Below are positions 35,504 through 39,996 of a DNA stretch of 39,996 bases, piece after piece. Under the pieces are notes generated by a model that saw only the letters and a program-made list of their open reading frames with translations, did no database searches and was not told the origin of the DNA. The position numbers were made by a program, and so were the translations under genes. Source of the stretch: an uncultured Candidatus Saccharibacteria bacterium (lineage in GTDB: Bacteria; Patescibacteriota; Saccharimonadia; CAILAD01; BJGX01); contig CAZEIU010000002.1 of assembly GCA_964512085.1 (NCBI GenBank), positions 1 through 39,996 of the forward strand, in the 5' to 3' direction. Positions within the stretch are counted from its first letter, which is position 1. The number at the start of each line of letters is the position of its first letter.

Positions 35504-36841
35504 TTGCGAGAAACTGCCGGAAAGGCTTTTGCTCGTAAATATTTCTTTGAGTGCTATTTACCGGGCGTGATGTCGCCTCACACCTTAAGGAACAGTAATT
35601 TTCTTTTGCTTCTAGGAGAAGACTTTAGAGAATTACCGCATCTCAAGGCGCTTGATATTGAGCCTTATAGAGTATTTTCGGTAGAAAGAGATCTCGATGT
35701 TTTTCAAAGACAAAAAGCCATAAACCAAAAAGACGATCTTGGTTTTGCTCTTTATTATGGTGAATTGGCTGATTACATCAGAAGTTATATGTTCACCAAT
35801 CATCAAATTTCGGTTCTCAATCTAGATATCTGTGGGTCTTTTATGAACGGAATTGATCCTGTTATGGGTAAGCTTTTGCACTTTGCTAGACGAAATTCTA
35901 GCACTGTAATGGCGACCTACTCTAGTGCGGGCCGAGACAAGCCAATGCTAGAAGAAGGGGTGAAGGCGTTAATTCTACTTATGTGGTTAGCACCTAGCGC
36001 TGTAGAGCGGCTTGTTCAAACAATGTACGATTCTTACGCTGTCGAAAATTTTGCTGGGCAAAAGAGTGCTACCGAAGATCTTTGTAAAAATATGGTGCTA
36101 CGTCACATGTACTGGCTCAATTCTTACCTTCACCACGTTCTAATAGGTAGTTACGAATTGGGCTATATAACAGAAGACGAAATACAGGCTGCTTTTAATG
36201 AGCACAGGCAACTATGGTTAGATTTTGTGGAGTATCAAGGCGAAGAACCAATCACTTTTGGCGATATCATTGAATTTACGGATAGCTACAAAAGACCACA
36301 ATTTCAAGATGTAAATGTCGATATGAGCTTTGGTGACGTACAGCTAATGTCGTATTCTGCAAACCAAAGCTTTTTTCAAAACTGTTATTTTGTTACTTTT
36401 GAATGTAGCGGAGATTTGATTCCATTGCAGACTTGGTTGGTAGAAACAGCACTGTTAATGCGCCGTAATGAAGTTTTGGTGGTAGATGCAATGGGTAACT
36501 ACTGCCTTAACCCTATAGCGGTTGAGTCGTTATATAAGGTTGTGCTATGGAAAAACAAATTTGGTAAACCTAGCATGGTACTGCCGACAATTCCACCCAA
36601 TGCAAAAACATCTACTGATCTAGTTAAAATTAAGCCCGTTAATTCTGAAAGAAAAAGCAGGCCAAATGATCGTACAGCAGTAGATAATATTAGCGAAAAG
36701 CAAGCCAGAACAATTAGGGCAATGGCACGCAAAGGTTTAAATTCTAATCAAATTTGTGCCAAAATGGGCTTAAGAGAGGAGCTACTCCCAAACATCCGTG
36801 CCTATATGGCTGCCGTAACAAAGGCCTCTAGTAAACACTGA
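35504..36841 (+). CDS. Uncharacterised 445-aa protein: N-terminal Rossmann/methyltransferase-like region, unknown middle domain, C-terminal helix-turn-helix
   Basis: Strand/acidic pattern 'FLLLLGEDF' and 'VFSVERD'. 'VLNLDICGSF' (35813-35842) resembles the Trm1-type D-P-(F/Y)-G-S motif IV, but no GxGxG is present. The C-terminal 'KQARTIRAMARKGLNSNQICAKMGLREELLPNIRAY' looks like an HTH. TTG start. Confidence 0.6.
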   Translation: MRETAGKAFARKYFFECYLPGVMSPHTLRNSNFLLLLGEDFRELPHLKALDIEPYRVFSVERDLDVFQRQKAINQKDDLGFALYYGELADYIRSYMFTNHQISVLNLDICGSFMNGIDPVMGKLLHFARRNSSTVMATYSSAGRDKPMLEEGVKALILLMWLAPSAVERLVQTMYDSYAVENFAGQKSATEDLCKNMVLRHMYWLNSYLHHVLIGSYELGYITEDEIQAAFNEHRQLWLDFVEYQGEEPITFGDIIEFTDSYKRPQFQDVNVDMSFGDVQLMSYSANQSFFQNCYFVTFECSGDLIPLQTWLVETALLMRRNEVLVVDAMGNYCLNPIAVESLYKVVLWKNKFGKPSMVLPTIPPNAKTSTDLVKIKPVNSERKSRPNDRTAVDNISEKQARTIRAMARKGLNSNQICAKMGLREELLPNIRAYMAAVTKASSKH

Positions 36842-36847
36842 TTTTAT

Positions 36848-36872
36848 CCCTCACCAAATGGTGGGGGTTTTT
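36848..36872 (+). terminator. Rho-independent terminator
   Basis: CCCTCACC (36848-36855) pairs with GGTGGGGG (36860-36867), followed by TTTTT. The tail reads TTTTTACTTA. Confidence 0.7.
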
Positions 36873-36919
36873 ACTTAGCAAACACTACATGTAGTGCCAA
36901 AAAACATCACAAAGCACTA

Positions 36920-36949
36920 TTTACAAATGAATTTGTAGGGGTGTATAAT
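36920..36949 (+). promoter_or_regulatory. Promoter (TTTACA-18 nt-TATAAT) overlapped by a 7-2-7 palindrome (36922-36937)
   Basis: TTTACA at 36920-36925 and TATAAT at 36944-36949. TACAAAT-GA-ATTTGTA lies at 36922-36937. Confidence 0.5.
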
Positions 36950-37030
36950 CATAAGCACGAACACAGTTTTGTAAGACCACATAGACTTACAAAGGCAGTG
37001 AAAATAAAAATTAAAAGGAGGGTGTTAAAA

Positions 37031-37129
37031 GTGCCAGAACAAAATAAGATTAGTGACGAAGCTTGGGATAAACCAATGGTTTGCCCAATTGACCCCAAAG
37101 AATTGGCTGAGTGTGAGGCTTGCCAGTAA
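37031..37129 (+). CDS. 32-aa Cys-containing peptide (V/M-PEQNKISDEAWDKPMVCPIDPKELAECEACQ)
   Basis: GGAGG at 37017-37021 lies 9 nt upstream of the GTG at 37031. It has its own promoter and terminator. The longer ORF call from 36941 would begin inside the promoter. Confidence 0.45.
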   Translation: MPEQNKISDEAWDKPMVCPIDPKELAECEACQ

Positions 37130-37155
37130 AACGCAAAACATTGTTTATAATATAA

Positions 37156-37186
37156 AACCCGCTTAAACAAAAAGGCGGGTTTTTTA
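37156..37186 (+). terminator. Rho-independent terminator after the small peptide gene
   Basis: AACCCGC pairs with GCGGGTT across a 12-nt loop, followed by TTTTTT. Confidence 0.55.
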
Positions 37187-37210
37187 ATAGCCGATAATAT
37201 ATTAAATAAT

Positions 37211-37235
37211 AAAAAACCTCCACAAAAAGTGAAGG
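37211..37235 (-). terminator. Rho-independent terminator after the pyrF/pyrE-like operon
   Basis: On the - strand, CCTTCAC-TTTTT-GTGGAGG (one mismatch) is followed by TTTTTT. Confidence 0.5.
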
Positions 37236-37246
37236 TAAACATATAT

Positions 37247-37987
37247 TTAAAGCAATTCTACAAATCCACCAGAATAGTTTGGATTATCTAGTTGCCATGC
37301 TTGTCCCTTGCCCAGAGCAGCATCTACGACCATTGGGACATTACTAGCACACAACGGGCATTCGCTAGCCTCGTATTGAGTCATATTGATATCAACTACT
37401 GCTGTAAAAACAGGTACACCTAAGTCGGTTGCAGTAACGCCCCCGCGGCTAACAAAACTGGCTACAGCAATTACGTTACCACCAGCAGCTCTAACGCATT
37501 CGATGACTTCGCGAGTACTAGTGCCAGAGTTGAGAACATCTTCTACTACCAATACATCCATATCCTTACAAACTTCAGCAAAGCCAGTTCGCTCGAGTGC
37601 AAAGGTGCCACCTGCAAGCTTATCGGCAAAGACGTGTAATACTTGCGAGGGAGAGCTAAGACGAAATAGCGGATCAACCCTTTCAAGACTCATAATTGAC
37701 AATCGTTCATTGTATTGGCTGGCAACCATTAAGCCGAAGCTAATTGCGCCTACGGCAGGGTCGGCTACAACATTAGGAATAGGTAGACCAGCTTTTTCGC
37801 AAGCCGTAGTAATTTGATGCGCAATAGCAATAATCGCATTAGGTTGGTACAAGACAGGGTCGACATTAATATACGCCGAGCCATGTTTGCCCGACTTGTA
37901 AACAAAGTGCTGGCCATCAAACACCAAACAGCCAAATTCAGATAACATATCAATTACCTCTTGCGATAAGGGTGATGCGCTATTCAT
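37247..37987 (-). CDS. pyrE: Phosphoribosyltransferase, orotate-PRTase-like, with a C-terminal extension
   Basis: PRPP-binding loop 'VLVVEDVLNSGTSTRE' and an N-terminal 'FVYKSGKHGSAYIN'. It is translationally coupled (ATGA overlap) to pyrF. Confidence 0.7.
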   Translation of the reverse strand: MNSASPLSQEVIDMLSEFGCLVFDGQHFVYKSGKHGSAYINVDPVLYQPNAIIAIAHQITTACEKAGLPIPNVVADPAVGAISFGLMVASQYNERLSIMSLERVDPLFRLSSPSQVLHVFADKLAGGTFALERTGFAEVCKDMDVLVVEDVLNSGTSTREVIECVRAAGGNVIAVASFVSRGGVTATDLGVPVFTAVVDINMTQYEASECPLCASNVPMVVDAALGKGQAWQLDNPNYSGGFVELL

Positions 37988-38850
37988 TGTTGACCTCTCT
38001 GGTTGCGAATGGTTTGAATGTCGGTACTTAGTTTGATAGTTTCTTCTCTAGCGCGCTCTGCAAAATCTTCGCCATTGCTAGCAAAGATAATTCCTCGACT
38101 AGAGTTGATTACAAAACCACCTTCATTGGTAGATGCATTAATAACTGAAGCTTCTAGCTCACCGCCCTGAGCACCAATACCAGGTATAAGCAATGGAACA
38201 GTTGGCGCGAACATTCTCACTCTCTCTATCTCTTGGGGAGTAGTAGCGCCTGTTACCAGCCCACAGTTAGTATTGGTATTCCAAAAAGTTTCTACTCTGT
38301 ATGCTACTTCAGTAAATACTCTGCTACTCAATGCATCGTCCATACCACTGAGTTCCAAGTCTTGAAACTCATCTGCGCCATCATTGCTAGTACGACAAAG
38401 CACAAAAATAAGTTTATCGGGGTAATCTAAGAATGGCTGGTTCGCGACCTGGCCCATATAGCTATGAATAGTTAGAGCATCGGCATCAATTTCGTCAAAA
38501 GCAAACTGGGCATAACCATCATTTGTATTACCGATATCACCAAACTTGGCATCAAGTATTACAACAACATCGGGGAACTTAGCATGTATATATGCAACAG
38601 TCTCTTTAAGTGCCTCAAGACCATCAGAAGCATATAAGTAGAATGCAAAATTTGGCTTAAAGGCAGCCACAAAAGGTCCGGTTGCATCAACAATCTGCCT
38701 ATTAAATTTAACTTGTTCGTCTGCACCAACATCCCAAGGATGTTCGTTGGCAATATGATTAGGTAGTTTTGCAAGCGCACTATCTAAACCGACACAAACA
38801 AATTTACCTTCGGCCCATTTGGCCCTAAGCATTTCTATTGCTGTTGGCAT
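37984..38850 (-). CDS. pyrF: Orotidine-5'-phosphate decarboxylase (long/type-2 form)
   Basis: 'VCVGLDS' and 'LDAKFGDIGNT' (catalytic K-x-x-D-I-x-x-T), plus 'PGIGAQGG'. Confidence 0.85.
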   Translation of the reverse strand: MPTAIEMLRAKWAEGKFVCVGLDSALAKLPNHIANEHPWDVGADEQVKFNRQIVDATGPFVAAFKPNFAFYLYASDGLEALKETVAYIHAKFPDVVVILDAKFGDIGNTNDGYAQFAFDEIDADALTIHSYMGQVANQPFLDYPDKLIFVLCRTSNDGADEFQDLELSGMDDALSSRVFTEVAYRVETFWNTNTNCGLVTGATTPQEIERVRMFAPTVPLLIPGIGAQGGELEASVINASTNEGGFVINSSRGIIFASNGEDFAERAREETIKLSTDIQTIRNQRGQQ

Positions 38851-38938
38851 TAGTATAAGCCTTTCTGTAAGGTGCGGATATAACTACAGTATTATCAATG
38901 TAGACTGTAAAAAACACAAGCATAAATATTTTGTATAC

Positions 38939-38963
38939 AAAAAGCCCCCGTTTATAGGGAGCT
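38939..38963 (-). terminator. Candidate terminator after the Rpf-like gene
   Basis: On the - strand, AGCTCCC-TATAAAC-GGGGGCT (one mismatch) is followed by TTTTT. Confidence 0.45.
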
Positions 38964-38998
38964 TTCTGTTTTAGTAACTACATGCTAGCGACTTCGTC

Positions 38999-39700
38999 TT
39001 ATAACAAACCTAGTTTTCTAGCACAGGCAGGCCATGGAGACCAACCTCGTGCAGCTTGAGTGGCACGAGCCTTAGCGTCTTGCACCTCTGGAGGAGCAAG
39101 GTCGGGTCGGGCAAATCCACCATAGTTAGCCCAAGTACGAATATCGTACTGGTAGGCACCATAGTAACCGTTACCGGTGTTTTTGTTATAGTCACCACCA
39201 GCCTCACAGTATCTAAGCTGAGCAAAAGCATCGTCTCCACCAATAACCAATTTGGTTTTGGCAGGAGCAGTGCTAGTTTTTGCAACAGTTGTAGCTTTTT
39301 GAGCGGCAAGCTTAGCTTGTTCGGCTTCGGCAGCGGCTTTTTGGGCCTGAGCGGCTTTAAGGGGAGCAACATAGTCGCTCTCAAATGTACCCTTATTGGC
39401 TTTTAGCACCAAAGCGTCGCTAGAACCTGTATTTAATGTCAATGTATAGTTACTTGGTAGATCAGCTTGAACCTCGGCGGCTTTAGCTGACTCGGTGAAA
39501 GGTATTTCTACCGGAACAAACACCTGTTTTGCAACCATTGCTAGAGCAATGATTATTTCTGGAAGTAGGCGCATGATATTTCTAAATACGTCGTACTGGC
39601 TATTGCCAGCGGGGGCGTTAATTAGACGTGCGTCGTATCTCCTTTCGTTAATTACATTTTTATGTGCTTGTTCTATGAGTAAGATTTTTGACCAATTCAC
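38999..39700 (-). CDS. Resuscitation-promoting-factor-like (Rpf/transglycosylase-like domain) secreted muralytic protein
   Basis: C-terminal 'YCEAGGDYNKNTGNGYYGAYQYDIRTWANYGG...GWSPWPACARKLGL' matches the Rpf catalytic domain. An Ala/Lys-rich linker precedes it. The start is uncertain: GTG at 39700 or ATG at 39574. Confidence 0.8.
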   Translation of the reverse strand: MNWSKILLIEQAHKNVINERRYDARLINAPAGNSQYDVFRNIMRLLPEIIIALAMVAKQVFVPVEIPFTESAKAAEVQADLPSNYTLTLNTGSSDALVLKANKGTFESDYVAPLKAAQAQKAAAEAEQAKLAAQKATTVAKTSTAPAKTKLVIGGDDAFAQLRYCEAGGDYNKNTGNGYYGAYQYDIRTWANYGGFARPDLAPPEVQDAKARATQAARGWSPWPACARKLGLL

Positions 39701-39877
39701 AGAACGTCGGCTAGTATACCAAACATAAGCTCTTTTGTCAAGGGTATTTTACACACAAATAATAGTTTACACCTGTAAAATCGTTATTTACTTATGCTTG
39801 ACAGGTTAATCATGCCTAGCTTAAAGCGCTTATTTGATCAAAATGATATAATACAGTTAAGTAATAATGGAGGTGTT

Positions 39878-39996
39878 ATGGCTAAACAATCAAAAGCAAA
39901 GGCGCGCAAAAAAGCTCAAAATAAGGCCAAATTAGTTAATGAAGAGCAGAAGTTGTCAAATACTCAGGCAACTCATAAAAATAAGCCTAATATAGC
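39878..39996 (+). CDS. 5' end of a Lys-rich protein gene that runs off the window
   Basis: GGAGGTG lies 5-6 nt upstream of the ATG at 39878. The frame stays open to the window end (MAKQSKAKARKKAQNKAKLV...). An upstream 'tgatataat' looks like an extended -10. Confidence 0.35.
   Translation, partial: MAKQSKAKARKKAQNKAKLVNEEQKLSNTQATHKNKPNI

Noticed and set aside
36941-37030. Longer 62-aa version of the small Cys-peptide ORF, starting at the GTG at 36941
   Set aside because: That start lies within the promoter, immediately upstream of its -10 hexamer (36944-36949), and has no RBS. The internal GTG at 37031 is preceded by GGAGG.
37386-37817. 143-aa plus-strand ORF antisense to the pyrE-like gene. 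Similar shadow ORFs occur at 39010-39406 in the Rpf-like gene, 22466-22786 and 23402-23590 in the beta-helix gene, and 14120-14680 in typA.
   Set aside because: All are nested antisense to genes with clear family motifs, and their translations are low-complexity.

Overview
This is a densely coding bacterial chromosome segment read with the standard genetic code; TGA, TAA and TAG are all used as stops. I saw no rRNA, tRNA, CRISPR array, transposase or integrase by eye. The housekeeping backbone is ileS (3' part), a SEDS RodA/FtsW gene, typA, trxB, rplU, parA-parB, lepB, an LCP-family gene, htrA, and prmC-prfA-rpmE. It also includes pyrF translationally coupled to a pyrE-like gene, and an Rpf-like muralytic gene. 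The sortase, LPXTG-type substrates, LCP protein, Rpf domain and many short orphan genes suggest a monoderm-type, possibly reduced-genome lineage such as Saccharibacteria/CPR. That placement is inference only. Accessory content worth attention: (1) a clear heliorhodopsin gene (3208-3978), apparently co-transcribed with a conserved unknown gene. (2) A sortase locus with a 66-aa LPNTG mini-protein directly upstream of a processive GT2 synthase. (3) A 30.6-37.2 kb block of self-contained transcription units. It holds a coiled-coil/4-TM/bifunctional M15+lysozyme-like hydrolase operon, a Zn-ribbon protein and a LOG-family gene. It also holds a DGQHR (DndB-like) gene followed by an uncharacterised 445-aa Rossmann-like + HTH protein, and a 32-aa Cys peptide. 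The DGQHR plus 445-aa pair, which has no dnd/ssp/dpd partners in the window, is my best candidate for an undescribed DNA-modification or defence module. All functional calls come from motif recognition in the supplied translations; no database search was possible.
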